64,000 bases of DNA from an uncultured Alphaproteobacteria bacterium (GCA_902615845.1 CACMQS010000006.1:23678-87677), one strand, 5' to 3'; positions 27,452 through 37,850 are shown, numbered from the stretch's first letter. Notes: generated by a model not told the origin, from the letters alone. Made by a program: numbers and translations.

Positions 27452-28274
27452 TGTTTTTCGCTATATCATCAAATTTTTTAAGTTGAACTAATAAATTTTT
27501 TAAATCTTTTATATTAATCATGTTTGGCCCATCACTAGGAGCATTATCCGGATCATTATGTGTTTCTAAAAATAAACCAGCTACACCAATAGATATAGCA
27601 GCTTTGCATAAAGAAGGGATATGTTCTCTTTGACCACCACTTTTATCACCCAAGCCTCCTGGTTGTTGCACAGAATGAGTTGCATCAAAAATTACAGGAT
27701 ACTTATATTTTTTCATGATATCTAAACCTTTAAAATCATTAACAAGTGTATTGTAACCAAAAGATGTTCCTCTTTCAGTGATCATTATGTTTTTATTATT
27801 TGTAGTTTCTATCTTTGTGAAAATATTTTTTACATCATTTGGTGATAAAAATTGACCTTTTTTTACATTAATAATTTTATTTGTATTACCTGCAGCTAAT
27901 AATAAATCTGTTTGACGGCATAGAAACGCAGGAATTTGAATAATATCGATAATACTATCTTTTTTTAATTGATTACATTGATCTTCATTATGAACATCTG
28001 TTAAAATTGGTAAATTAAAATTAGTTTTAATTTTTTCAAAGATTTTTAATGCGTCATCGAGTTTTATACCTCTATCACTTTTAATACTTGATCGATTTGC
28101 CTTATCAAAGCTAGATTTAAAAATTAAATTAATACCAACATCATCACATATCTTACATAGCTCTTCTGCAATAATCAGTGAGTGACTTTCGTTTTCTATT
28201 ACGCATGGACCAGCAATTAAAATAAATTGAGAATTATTTGAGATAGAATAATCTTTTAAATTAATATTAATCAT
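27444..28274 (-). CDS. kdsA: 3-deoxy-8-phosphooctulonate synthase
   Basis: [19 protein letters not shown], and [11 protein letters not shown] motifs. Confidence 0.95.
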   Translation of the reverse strand: MININLKDYSISNNSQFILIAGPCVIENESHSLIIAEELCKICDDVGINLIFKSSFDKANRSSIKSDRGIKLDDALKIFEKIKTNFNLPILTDVHNEDQCNQLKKDSIIDIIQIPAFLCRQTDLLLAAGNTNKIINVKKGQFLSPNDVKNIFTKIETTNNKNIMITERGTSFGYNTLVNDFKGLDIMKKYKYPVIFDATHSVQQPGGLGDKSGGQREHIPSLCKAAISIGVAGLFLETHNDPDNAPSDGPNMINIKDLKNLLVQLKKFDDIAKNNA

Positions 28275-29880
28275 TAATTGCAGCCTTTATAAATGATACA
28301 AAAAGAGGGTGTGGGTCTAATGGTCTTGATTTTAACTCTGGATGAAATTGAACGCCTATAAACCATTTATGTTTTTTACTCTCGAGTACTTCAGGCAATA
28401 ATCCATCTGGCGACATACCGCTGAAATAATAACCTTTGTTTTCAAATTTAGATAGAAATTTCTGATTTACTTCGTATCTATGTCTGTGTCTCTCACTAAT
28501 TACTCTATTTTTATATATCGAAAAGATTTTTGAATTTTTTTTCAAAATAGCTTTGTATGCTCCAAGACGCATCGTTCCACCCTTATCACTATTTTTATCT
28601 CTTTTTTCAATCTTGTTTTTATTTACCCATTCTGTCATTAATCCTACAACTGATTTAGTAGTTTTCTTAAATTCTGAAGAGTGTGCATTTTTAATTTTGA
28701 GAACATTTTGTGCTATTTCAATAACTGCTAACTGCATTCCAAGACATATTCCAAAAAAAGGAATATTATTTTCTCTCGCGTATTTGATAGCACTAATTTT
28801 TCCATTAATACCACGAATACCAAAACCACCCGGAATTAGAATTCCATGACAACCTTTTAATTTTTTTATTAAACTAGCGTTGTTTTCTTTTTCAGAATTA
28901 ATCCATTGAATATCTACATCAGCAGAATTTTCTATACCTCCGTGAACCAATGCTTCATTAAGTGATTTATAACTATCTTTAAGATTTGTGTATTTTCCTA
29001 CTACTGCAATTTTTACTTTATGTTTTCTTTTTTTAATTTTTTTTTGAAGATCGATCCAAGGCTTTAAATTTAGTTTATGATTTTTTGGTTTATAACCCAA
29101 TTGTTTAAGGAGAGCTTCATCCAAACCATATTTAGAATATAATGAAGGAACTTCATAAATTGATTTAGCATTCAATGCAGGAATTACTGACTCTTTTTTA
29201 ACATTACAAAATAAAGATATTTTAGAAATTGAATCATTATCTATTGGTTGTTCAGATCTACACATAATTATATCTGGTTGAATACCAGCATTGAGAAGTT
29301 CTTTAACTGAATGTTGAGTAGGTTTCGTTTTTAACTCACCTGCTGAACTTAAATATGGAATATAAGTCATATGAATTAATGCTGATGAAATATTTTTATC
29401 ATTTCTAATTTGTCTTATTGCTTCTAAAAAAGGTAGGGATTCAATATCCCCAACTGTTCCCCCTATTTCATAAATTGCGATATCTTCATTTTTTAAATCA
29501 CTGTTTATAAAAGATTTTATTTCATTAGTAACATGAGGTATAACCTGGATAGTTGAACCTAGATAATCACCTTTTCTTTCCTTCATAAGGACATTTGAAT
29601 AGATTTTACCTGATGAAACACTATCTGATTGCTTAGCTGATTGATTTGTAAATCTTTCGTAATGTCCAAGGTCTAAATCTGTTTCGGCGCCATCATCTGT
29701 GACATATACTTCTCCATGCTGATATGGACTCATTGTTCCTGGATCAACGTTTAAATAAGGATCTAACTTACGTATTCTAACTTTAAATTTTCTACTTTTC
29801 AGAAGTGTTGCTAGAGAAGCCGAGGCTATACCTTTTCCAAGAGATGATGCGACGCCACCCGTAATAAAAACAAAATGCAT
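28267..29880 (-). CDS. pyrG: CTP synthase
   Basis: N-terminal ITGGVASSLGKGI and glutamine amidotransferase motifs GICLGMQ and QFHPE. Confidence 0.97.
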   Translation of the reverse strand: MHFVFITGGVASSLGKGIASASLATLLKSRKFKVRIRKLDPYLNVDPGTMSPYQHGEVYVTDDGAETDLDLGHYERFTNQSAKQSDSVSSGKIYSNVLMKERKGDYLGSTIQVIPHVTNEIKSFINSDLKNEDIAIYEIGGTVGDIESLPFLEAIRQIRNDKNISSALIHMTYIPYLSSAGELKTKPTQHSVKELLNAGIQPDIIMCRSEQPIDNDSISKISLFCNVKKESVIPALNAKSIYEVPSLYSKYGLDEALLKQLGYKPKNHKLNLKPWIDLQKKIKKRKHKVKIAVVGKYTNLKDSYKSLNEALVHGGIENSADVDIQWINSEKENNASLIKKLKGCHGILIPGGFGIRGINGKISAIKYARENNIPFFGICLGMQLAVIEIAQNVLKIKNAHSSEFKKTTKSVVGLMTEWVNKNKIEKRDKNSDKGGTMRLGAYKAILKKNSKIFSIYKNRVISERHRHRYEVNQKFLSKFENKGYYFSGMSPDGLLPEVLESKKHKWFIGVQFHPELKSRPLDPHPLFVSFIKAAIND

Positions 29881-29927
29881 TACGGAATACCGTGATATAT
29901 AATAGATCTATTTATAGCAAGAAATTA

Positions 29928-30233
29928 TTAATTATTTTCTGGTATAGTTGGTTCTTCTGAAGTTTCTTCAGTATTAATTGAAGGAAGTGACTCTAAAACG
30001 TTGCGATCTGAGCCAATGGAGGCAGTAATTGTAAGAACGATACTCATTACCATGAATAACCCTGCGGTTATTGCAGTTAGTCTAGAAAGTAAATTAGCAG
30101 TACCTCGTGCTGACATCATTCCAGTTGAAGTTCCACCACCAAGGCCTAAGCTATCATTATCAGATCCTTGTAATAAAACTAATATAACAAGAGCAAGTGC
30201 AAGTATCAGTTGAATAATTACTAAAGTTGTCAT
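29928..30233 (-). CDS. secG: Preprotein translocase subunit SecG
   Basis: 101 aa with two TM segments and LLQGS...GLGGG. It occupies the conserved tpiA-secG-pyrG position. Confidence 0.9.
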   Translation of the reverse strand: MTTLVIIQLILALALVILVLLQGSDNDSLGLGGGTSTGMMSARGTANLLSRLTAITAGLFMVMSIVLTITASIGSDRNVLESLPSINTEETSEEPTIPENN

Positions 30234-30265
30234 TAGTGCGCTTTATAGTAAATTGATTTCATTAA

Positions 30266-30985
30266 TCAAGAAATAATTGTATTGAATTCATCAACCTTAA
30301 GTGATGCCCCACCAATTAAGCAACCATCTACATGACTTAATTTAGTAATTTCTTTTGAATTTGAAGACTTAACAGAACCTCCATAAAGCAGTTTAAAGTT
30401 AATAAATTTTTGATCAAAATTTTTGATTAATTCGTGAACTTTATTTATTTCATCTAAAGTTGGAGTCAATCCAGTTCCTATTGCCCAAACTGGCTCATAA
30501 GCAATTAAAGCATTTTGATGATTTGCTGAATTTGGAACGCTATCTTTAATTTGTGAAGATAAGGTTTCTTCTGTTAAGTTGTTTTCTTTTTGCTCTAGGG
30601 TTTCGCCTATACAAATAACTGGAATAATATTTTCTTCAATTAGATTTGAACTTTTAATATTTACATTATCATTAGTTTCAGAAAAGTATTGTCTGCGCTC
30701 AGAGTGTCCAACCAAACAAAAATCTATATTATTATCTTTCAACATTGAGGCAGATAATTCTCCAGTGTAGGCGCCTTCTTTATAAGAGGAAACATCTTGT
30801 GCCCCACAAAATAAGTTTTCATTATTTCCTTTTAGTGATTTTAAGTAAATTGAAGGTGAGCAGATAATCGTACAATTATTAGAATTAACTTTTAATTTTT
30901 CATAATAATCTTTTAAAAATGAGGAATTTCCATTTAATTTCCAATTTGCAATGAAAATTGAAGAATATTTATCAAGATTTACCAT
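30266..30985 (-). CDS. tpiA: Triose-phosphate isomerase
   Basis: ANWKLNG, VGHSERR, and AYEPVWAIGTG motifs. Confidence 0.95.
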   Translation of the reverse strand: MVNLDKYSSIFIANWKLNGNSSFLKDYYEKLKVNSNNCTIICSPSIYLKSLKGNNENLFCGAQDVSSYKEGAYTGELSASMLKDNNIDFCLVGHSERRQYFSETNDNVNIKSSNLIEENIIPVICIGETLEQKENNLTEETLSSQIKDSVPNSANHQNALIAYEPVWAIGTGLTPTLDEINKVHELIKNFDQKFINFKLLYGGSVKSSNSKEITKLSHVDGCLIGGASLKVDEFNTIIS

Positions 30986-31034
30986 AATTACTTTTATTTA
31001 TAGAAACTAATATTATAGAAGCAATAGAAATTTT

Positions 31035-32855
31035 ATGAGATTTTTTAGAAATTCTTGGATTGGAATTGGTTTAGCTATTCTTTTTGGAGCTAGCTTGTTT
31101 TTCTTTAGAGGACAAGCAAGATACTCAAATTTATTTAATTCTGATAATTTTGTAGCTGATATTTCTGGCACACCTATTTCAACTACTAAATTTATGCGTT
31201 CAATGGATATGAATATTAATCAATTTTCTCAAATGATTGGAAGTAAATTAACTGGTGATCAGGTTAGAAGCTTTCAAGTTCATCAAATTGCTCTTCAAAA
31301 TTTAGTCAATAGCGCAGTTTTTGAAAATGAATTTGATAAAATAAATTTTATTTTAGATGACACCACAATTGCAAAAGAAACAAAAAGAAATTTTCCAGAT
31401 CTCTACATAAACAATAAATTAGATGATGAAATATTGAATACTTTTTTAAGAAGACAGGGCTTGAAAATTGAGGATCTTGTTGATTTAATAGACTTTGAAA
31501 CTAGGTCGATTGTATTTGATCAGTTGTTCTTTCAAAAAAATTATCCATTAGAGTTGCAAATAAATTTTAATAAGTATGATAATCAAAGTAGAGACATAGA
31601 GTTGCTTAAAATACCTTACGACGAAATCAAACTTGAAAACTATAGTAAAGATCAAATTTCCAAAGATAATAATGAACTATTAGATTACTTTAATAATAAC
31701 TCTGCTGCATATATGACAAAAGAAGAAAGAGATATTTCATATTTATTAATAAGTAAAAGTGATTATCGCAACAAATTTTCACCTTCAGAAAATAGTCTTA
31801 ATGAATATTACAATAACAATAAAAACCTATTTATTAATCCTGAAGAGAGAAGTTTTAAACAATTTAATTTTAAATCAAAAGAAGAAGCAGATGATTTTAA
31901 ATTAAAAGTTTCTGGAAAAACTAATGAAGAAATTATTAAATATGCAGAAGAAAATAATATAATTTTTAATGATTTCAAAAATGTTGATAAAAATAAAGTT
32001 TTAGAACAACTTGCAAATGCAATATTTCAATTAGACAAAGGAAGTATGTCAGATGTAGTACAAACAGCCTTGGCATATCATATAATTATTTTGGATGAAA
32101 TTTTCCCAGAAAAAGAATTACCATTTGATGAAGTGAAGAATGAAATAAATAATACATTAATCAATTTTGAAGTAGATAATTACTTTAATGAATTAAAATC
32201 AAGCCTCGAACAACAAATACTTGATGGGTTTTCAATTAATGAAATAGCAGATCAAAATAATCTGAAATTAACCATCAAGAAAAAAATTATAAATAATACT
32301 AACGACGATGACCCTACTTTAAGCAACGTAATTTCATTTTCTTTTACACAAAATAAAGATTTTGTTAGTGATTTAGTAGACATTGATAATGATACTTCTT
32401 TTATTGTAAACATTGATGACATTTATCCGTCAAAAATAGAGCGTATTGATAATATCTTTGACAGTGTTTTAAATGATTTTATTTTTACAAAAAAAACTGA
32501 ACAAGCAGAAAATATTTTTGAAAATAATAAAGAAACTTTCACAGATATAAGTAAATTTTATGCAACTAATCCGGATAATTTAATTTTATCTTTAAAGACT
32601 AATGATGAATTACCAATATCTTTTAAACAAAAGATTTTTGAAACTGATATTGATAAAGTAGCTTTTGGATCAGATGAAAATGCTATTTATTTTGCTAATA
32701 TTAAAAGTATAAAGATGCCTGAAGAAGGTGAAAATACATCAAATATTAATTTAATAGGTGATTTGAAAACAGCATTTGGTAGTGAGATTATTAAGACAAA
32801 AGAAATTTCGATCAATGATGAACTAATAAATGGTCTTTTATCTCAGTATAAATGA
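31035..32855 (+). CDS. Periplasmic chaperone, PpiD / SurA-N-terminal-domain family (parvulin-like region looks degenerate)
   Basis: One N-terminal TM anchor and a long acidic, Asn-rich periplasmic region. Its position upstream of trpE matches other alphaproteobacteria. Confidence 0.75.
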   Translation: MRFFRNSWIGIGLAILFGASLFFFRGQARYSNLFNSDNFVADISGTPISTTKFMRSMDMNINQFSQMIGSKLTGDQVRSFQVHQIALQNLVNSAVFENEFDKINFILDDTTIAKETKRNFPDLYINNKLDDEILNTFLRRQGLKIEDLVDLIDFETRSIVFDQLFFQKNYPLELQINFNKYDNQSRDIELLKIPYDEIKLENYSKDQISKDNNELLDYFNNNSAAYMTKEERDISYLLISKSDYRNKFSPSENSLNEYYNNNKNLFINPEERSFKQFNFKSKEEADDFKLKVSGKTNEEIIKYAEENNIIFNDFKNVDKNKVLEQLANAIFQLDKGSMSDVVQTALAYHIIILDEIFPEKELPFDEVKNEINNTLINFEVDNYFNELKSSLEQQILDGFSINEIADQNNLKLTIKKKIINNTNDDDPTLSNVISFSFTQNKDFVSDLVDIDNDTSFIVNIDDIYPSKIERIDNIFDSVLNDFIFTKKTEQAENIFENNKETFTDISKFYATNPDNLILSLKTNDELPISFKQKIFETDIDKVAFGSDENAIYFANIKSIKMPEEGENTSNINLIGDLKTAFGSEIIKTKEISINDELINGLLSQYK

Positions 32856-34330
32856 GTCTAGAAAAAAAAAATTTTATAAGTCAATATAATAAAGGCTTAC
32901 CTCAGATATTAAAAAAAAATCTTATTGCTGATATTGAAACACCATTTTCATCATTATTAAAAATTAGTAAATCGGAAAAATATTCCTTTCTATTAGAGTC
33001 AGTAGAGGGTGGAAGTAAAAGAGGACGTTACTCATTACTTGGTTGTGATCCAGATTTAATTTGGACAGTTAAGAAAGGTAAGGTAAAAATAAAATATTTG
33101 GATCATAATTTTGATTATAAACTAGATCAAAAGCCAATTCATAGTCTTAAAGAACTTGTAAAAATTTCAAAATTTAAAAATAATGAAATTGACGTTCCTT
33201 TCCCTACACTAGTTGGATATCTAGGATATCCAATAATTCAATATATAGAAAAAATTAAACTAAGTAATAAGGACAATATAAAAATACCTGATGCAATTTT
33301 AATCAGACCAAAAATTGTTGCAGTTTTTGATAATATTAAAGATATTATTTCCCTTATGACAGTTACGTATCCAAGTAAAAAAATCTCAGCAGAAAAAGCC
33401 TATAGAAAAAATAAATTACTTATTGATAAAACAATTAAAAAGTTAGAAAAAAGTATTTTAAAACCTGCGCAAAAGAAAAATAAAAAATTTAAATTAAAAT
33501 TTAAATCAAATTTCAAGAAAGAACAATTTTATAAAATTGTTAATAAAGCAAAAGAATATATTAAAAATGGAGATATCTTTCAAGTTGTGCCTTCACAGAG
33601 ATTTGAAACAAAATATAATTTAAAGGCAGTCAATCTTTATAGATCTTTAAGACGACTAAATCCATCTCCTTATCTTGTAAATCTTAACTTCGATAAAATT
33701 GGTCTTGTTGCATCTAGCCCAGAATTAATGGTTCAATTAAGGAACAAAAAAGTTACGATAAGACCAATTGCTGGAACAAGAAAAAGAGGAAAGAATGCCT
33801 CTGAAGACCTTTTTTTATCTAATGACTTACTGAATGATAAGAAAGAACTCGCAGAACACTTGATGCTTTTAGATTTAGGAAGGAACGATGTTGGTCGTGT
33901 TGCAAAAAAAGGAACAGTAAATGTTACTGAAAAGATGATTATAGAATATTACTCTCATGTTATGCATATTGTTTCAAATGTTGAAGGAAAGATTGATAAT
34001 AATTTAGATGCTCTAGATGCCTTAATGGCTGGTTTCCCAGCAGGTACAGTTTCTGGTGCTCCAAAAATAAGGGCAATGGAAATCATAGAAGAGCTTGAAA
34101 ACTTAAATAGAAGTTTTTATGCAGGCTGTATGGGTTATTTTGATTCTAATGGAGACATGGATACATGCATTAGTTTAAGAACTGGGCTTGTAAAAGATAA
34201 TAAATTATACATTCAGGCTGGTGCTGGAATAGTATATGACTCAGTCCCAAAAAATGAACATCAAGAAATTTTGAATAAAGCTGGTGCTTTAATGGCAGCT
34301 GCAGAGGATTCATACAAATTCGATATATGA
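32852..34330 (+). CDS. trpE: Anthranilate synthase component I
   Basis: GDIFQVVPSQRF, chorismate-binding C-terminal motifs GAPKIRAMEII and GAGIVYDS. The start overlaps the preceding stop (ATGA). Confidence 0.95.
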   Translation: MSLEKKNFISQYNKGLPQILKKNLIADIETPFSSLLKISKSEKYSFLLESVEGGSKRGRYSLLGCDPDLIWTVKKGKVKIKYLDHNFDYKLDQKPIHSLKELVKISKFKNNEIDVPFPTLVGYLGYPIIQYIEKIKLSNKDNIKIPDAILIRPKIVAVFDNIKDIISLMTVTYPSKKISAEKAYRKNKLLIDKTIKKLEKSILKPAQKKNKKFKLKFKSNFKKEQFYKIVNKAKEYIKNGDIFQVVPSQRFETKYNLKAVNLYRSLRRLNPSPYLVNLNFDKIGLVASSPELMVQLRNKKVTIRPIAGTRKRGKNASEDLFLSNDLLNDKKELAEHLMLLDLGRNDVGRVAKKGTVNVTEKMIIEYYSHVMHIVSNVEGKIDNNLDALDALMAGFPAGTVSGAPKIRAMEIIEELENLNRSFYAGCMGYFDSNGDMDTCISLRTGLVKDNKLYIQAGAGIVYDSVPKNEHQEILNKAGALMAAAEDSYKFDI

Positions 34331-34896
34331 TATTACTAATAGATAATTATGATAGTTTTACTTACAATGTTAAACACTACTTATTGGATTTAAATCAAAA
34401 GGTTGTAGTTTTTAGAAATGACAAAATTTCTATAAATAAAATTCGTAAATTAAAACCTAAATCAATAGTTATTTCACCAGGTCCATGCACACCAAATGAA
34501 GCTGGAATAAGTCTTAATATAGTTGCAGAATTATCAAAACAATTTCCTATACTTGGTATTTGTTTAGGGCATCAAACTATTGGTCAAGCTTTTGGAGGTA
34601 AAATTATTAAATGCAAAGAAATCATGCACGGAAAAATTGATACAATTAATCACTTTGGACACTCTATATTTAAAAATGTAGAAAGAAAATTTAAAGCAAC
34701 TAGATATCATTCTCTTATAATTGATAAAAAAAGTATGCCTAAAGATTTTTTAATTACCGCTGAAACAAATAATAAGATTATAATGGGTATTGCACATAAA
34801 AAATTACCAATATTTGGACTACAATTTCATCCAGAAAGCATAGGTACTGATATGGGTAAAATTATTTTAAAAAACTTTTTAAACTTAGCAAAATAA
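34327..34896 (+). CDS. trpG: Anthranilate synthase component II (glutamine amidotransferase)
   Basis: GICLGHQ and LQFHPES triad motifs. The length is 189 aa. Confidence 0.94.
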   Translation: MILLIDNYDSFTYNVKHYLLDLNQKVVVFRNDKISINKIRKLKPKSIVISPGPCTPNEAGISLNIVAELSKQFPILGICLGHQTIGQAFGGKIIKCKEIMHGKIDTINHFGHSIFKNVERKFKATRYHSLIIDKKSMPKDFLITAETNNKIIMGIAHKKLPIFGLQFHPESIGTDMGKIILKNFLNLAK

Positions 34897-35897
34897 TGGA
34901 TCAAACTTTAATATTAAATAAAATTCTCGAACAACAAAATCTGAATATTGAAGAGAGTATGTATATATTCAATAAAATTATGAGTGGAGAATTAGATGAT
35001 ATTAAAATTACATCAATACTAATTGGTTTAAAGTTAAAAGGTGAAACAAAAGAAGAAATTATCGGTGCAGCCAAAGTAATGAGAGAGAAATCTCTAAAAA
35101 TAAACTCTCCTGAAAATACAATTGATACTTGTGGCACTGGTGGAGATATGAAAGACACATTAAATATATCAACAAGTGCAGCAATAGTTGCTGCAAGTGC
35201 TGGCGTTACTATAGCAAAGCATGGTAACCGTTCGGTTAGTTCAAAATCAGGTTCTGCAGATATGCTAGAAAAAATAGGTTATAAGATTACAAATAATGTA
35301 GAAGATTTAGAAAACTCATTATCAAACAAAAATTTTTGCTTTTTATTTGCTCAAAATCATCATTCTGCCATGAAGAATGTAATTAATGTTCGTAAGAATT
35401 TAGCTACACGTACAATTTTTAATTTATTAGGCCCTCTTACAAATCCTGCTAAAGCAAGTAAACAGCTTCTAGGTGTCTATTCAAGAGATTTAGTTTCTAT
35501 GCATTGTAATTGCTTAAAAGAATTAGGTTCTGAAAAAGCGATGGTTGTTCACGGATTGGATGGCTTAGATGAAATAAGTTTATCAGATAATACTCTAATT
35601 AATGAATTGAAAGATAATAAAGTTCTGGAATATAGTTTTGATCCAAGAGACTATAGTTATGATTTAATTAAATTAGAAGATATAAAAGGTGGAGATCCAG
35701 AATATAATGCAAATTGCTTTAATAAAATGATTAACGGCGATTACAGAGAATTTCAAATGATTGTAGAATTAAATGCAGGAGCGGCAATATATTTATCCAA
35801 TTTAAGAAATAATCTAAAAGATAGTTTTGAATTAGCAAAAAAAACAATTGAAGAAGGAATTACAAAAAATTTTGTAAACTCACTAATTAATGAGTAA
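34896..35897 (+). CDS. trpD: Anthranilate phosphoribosyltransferase
   Basis: DTCGTGGD and KHGNRSVSSKSGSAD motifs. Confidence 0.95.
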   Translation: MDQTLILNKILEQQNLNIEESMYIFNKIMSGELDDIKITSILIGLKLKGETKEEIIGAAKVMREKSLKINSPENTIDTCGTGGDMKDTLNISTSAAIVAASAGVTIAKHGNRSVSSKSGSADMLEKIGYKITNNVEDLENSLSNKNFCFLFAQNHHSAMKNVINVRKNLATRTIFNLLGPLTNPAKASKQLLGVYSRDLVSMHCNCLKELGSEKAMVVHGLDGLDEISLSDNTLINELKDNKVLEYSFDPRDYSYDLIKLEDIKGGDPEYNANCFNKMINGDYREFQMIVELNAGAAIYLSNLRNNLKDSFELAKKTIEEGITKNFVNSLINE

Positions 35898-36690
35898 TAT
35901 ACTTCAAAAAATTTGTGAATATAAATCAAAAGAATTAGAAGAAACAAAAAAAAGATGTTCTTTTAAAACATTAGAAAAATTAATTTCCTCAAAATTAGAG
36001 AAACGTGAATTTAAAGATCAATTAATTTCAGCTCAAAAAAATAAAAAAAATTTTATAATTGGCGAAGTAAAAAAACAAAGTCCAAGTGCGGGTGAAATAA
36101 TTTCAGATTATAAACCAGAAGACATTGCTATTTTATATGAAAGATCTGGTATTGGAGCGTTATCGATTTTAACAGAAAGTAAATATTTTTTAGGAAATAT
36201 TGATCATTTATCTCTGGTAAAAAAGAAAACAAATTTACCTATTTTAAGAAAAGATTTTATTATTGATAAATATCAAATTTTAGAAAGTAAGATTTATCAA
36301 GCTGATTGTATATTATTAATTTTATCAATACTATCAGATACTCAAGCAATAGAATTTATAAATTATGCAAATGAATTAAAATTAGATTGTATTATAGAGG
36401 TTCATGATGAAGACGAACTAAAAAGAGCAATCAAATTAGACTACCCTGTGATTGGAATTAATAATAGAAACCTTAAAAGTCTTGAAATCAATCTAAATAA
36501 CTCAATAAATTTGAATAAAAATTTAATTTATGATTATATTTTAATTGCAGAGAGCGGAATTAAAACTTCAGATGATATAAAAAAATTTAATTCAACAGGG
36601 ATATATAATTTTTTAATTGGAGAAAGTTTATTAAAATCTAAAGATAAAGAAAAGAAAATAGGAGAATTGCTTTTAAATGAGTCATATTAA
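35890..36690 (+). CDS. trpC: Indole-3-glycerol phosphate synthase
   Basis: IGEVKKQSPSAG and INNRNL motifs. Confidence 0.93.
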   Translation: MSNILQKICEYKSKELEETKKRCSFKTLEKLISSKLEKREFKDQLISAQKNKKNFIIGEVKKQSPSAGEIISDYKPEDIAILYERSGIGALSILTESKYFLGNIDHLSLVKKKTNLPILRKDFIIDKYQILESKIYQADCILLILSILSDTQAIEFINYANELKLDCIIEVHDEDELKRAIKLDYPVIGINNRNLKSLEINLNNSINLNKNLIYDYILIAESGIKTSDDIKKFNSTGIYNFLIGESLLKSKDKEKKIGELLLNESY

Positions 36691-37132
36691 TAAAAAAGGA
36701 AATCCTTATATAATTGACGTATCAAATAAAGATGTCACAGAAAGAGTAGCAGTTGCCTCTGGTGAAATTAAATTTGATAAAGAAACATATAAAAAAATAA
36801 AATCATTTGAGACAAAAAAAGGGAACCTAGAAAAAACTGCAATAATTGGTGGTATTATTGCGGCAAAAGAAACTTCTAGATTGATACCGCTTTGTCATAA
36901 TATTCCTATCAATCACATAAACATTGAGGTTATAAAAAATGATAAAAAATTTAGTTTTATTGTCAAAAGTACAGTTAAAACAAATGCAAATACTGGTGTG
37001 GAAATGGAGGCATTAACTGCCGTAACAATTAGCTGTCTTACAATTTATGACATGTGTAAGTACTTAAATAAAAAAATAATAATTCAAAATATACACCTTG
37101 TTTCAAAAAGAGGTGGTAAATCTAATATTTAA
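36677..37132 (+). CDS. moaC: Cyclic pyranopterin monophosphate synthase accessory protein
   Basis: PLCHNIPI and TGVEMEALTAV motifs. It occupies the conserved trpC-moaC position. Confidence 0.92.
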   Translation: MSHINKKGNPYIIDVSNKDVTERVAVASGEIKFDKETYKKIKSFETKKGNLEKTAIIGGIIAAKETSRLIPLCHNIPINHINIEVIKNDKKFSFIVKSTVKTNANTGVEMEALTAVTISCLTIYDMCKYLNKKIIIQNIHLVSKRGGKSNI

Positions 37133-37161
37133 CTACCTGAAATATATAGATTTTTATATTT

Positions 37162-37176
37162 GTTCTTGTTTTGATC
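37162..37176. promoter_or_regulatory. SOS-box-like site GTTC-N7-GATC upstream of lexA
   Basis: Read directly as GTTCTTGTTTTGATC. It has one mismatch to the alphaproteobacterial GTTC-N7-GTTC direct repeat. Confidence 0.45.
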
Positions 37177-37181
37177 TTAAA

Positions 37182-37196
37182 GAACATATATAGAAC
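37182..37196. promoter_or_regulatory. Alphaproteobacterial LexA box GAAC-N7-GAAC (= GTTC-N7-GTTC on the other strand)
   Basis: Read directly as GAACATATATAGAAC, 6 nt upstream of the lexA ATG and overlapping a possible -10 element (TATAGA). Confidence 0.65.
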
Positions 37197-37201
37197 AATA
37201 T

Positions 37202-37828
37202 ATGCTTACTAAAAAACAAAAAGAGCTATACGATTATTTAAAAAATTACATTTCAAGTAATGAGATATCCCCTTCTTTTGAGGAAATGAAAAGTGCAGTT
37301 AATCTGAAATCAAAGTCAGGTATTCATAGATTAATTACTAGTCTAGAAGAAAGAGGTTTTATTAAAAGATTAAAGCACAAAGCAAGAGCAATGGAAATTA
37401 TTAATAAAGATAATATTGATAATGAAAATTCTTTGTCGAATAGCATTAATATCCCATTAATTGGTGCAATAGCTGCAGGTGAAGCAATAGAAGCTATTGA
37501 AAATGCTGATGAATTTGTTTCTGTGCCCTCTTCGATGACATCACCAAATGCTAAATATTTTGGATTAAAAGTAAAAGGTCTATCTATGATAGATAAAGGA
37601 ATATTTGACGGTGATATTGCTGTGATAAAAAAGACAAATAATGTTGAAAATGGAAAAATTGCAGCTGTTATTACACAAGATAACGAGGTTACTCTAAAAA
37701 CTATTAAATTTGATCGAGACAAGGTCTTGTTAATACCTGCTAATCAAAATTTTCAGACAAAGGAATATGAAGCAGGTGAAATCCAAGTCCAAGGGACTTT
37801 ATCTGGTATTATAAGAAAATATAATTAA
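37202..37828 (+). CDS. lexA: SOS repressor LexA
   Basis: Winged-helix N-terminus, Ala-Gly cleavage site in IAAGEAIEA, catalytic Ser context KGLSMID, and Lys context VTLKT. Confidence 0.95.
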   Translation: MLTKKQKELYDYLKNYISSNEISPSFEEMKSAVNLKSKSGIHRLITSLEERGFIKRLKHKARAMEIINKDNIDNENSLSNSINIPLIGAIAAGEAIEAIENADEFVSVPSSMTSPNAKYFGLKVKGLSMIDKGIFDGDIAVIKKTNNVENGKIAAVITQDNEVTLKTIKFDRDKVLLIPANQNFQTKEYEAGEIQVQGTLSGIIRKYN

Positions 37829-37834
37829 TAGTTT

Positions 37835-37850
37835 ATCTTAATATTAAGAT
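37835..37850. promoter_or_regulatory. Perfect 16-bp palindrome ATCTTAAT.ATTAAGAT overlapping the gltX start codon
   Basis: Read directly. It lies in the 20-nt lexA-gltX spacer, and its last two bases are the AT of ATG 37849. Confidence 0.3.

Noticed and set aside
29882-29893. Mini-palindrome ACGGAATACCGT, 1 nt upstream of the pyrG ATG on the minus strand.
   Set aside because: It has only 4-bp arms, which is within chance expectation, and no further supporting structure.
31000-31029. Three copies of ATAGAA (31000, 31015, 31024) in the divergent tpiA / ppiD-like spacer.
   Set aside because: The hexamer is short and A-rich with irregular spacing (15 and 9 nt). It is likely compositional and cannot be distinguished from chance by eye.
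32862-32871. A10 homopolymer within trpE codons 4-7 (EKKN), a possible slippage or phase-variation site.
   Set aside because: Runs of 8-10 A or T are frequent throughout this AT-rich window, including inside essential genes. The frame is intact and nothing suggests a switch.
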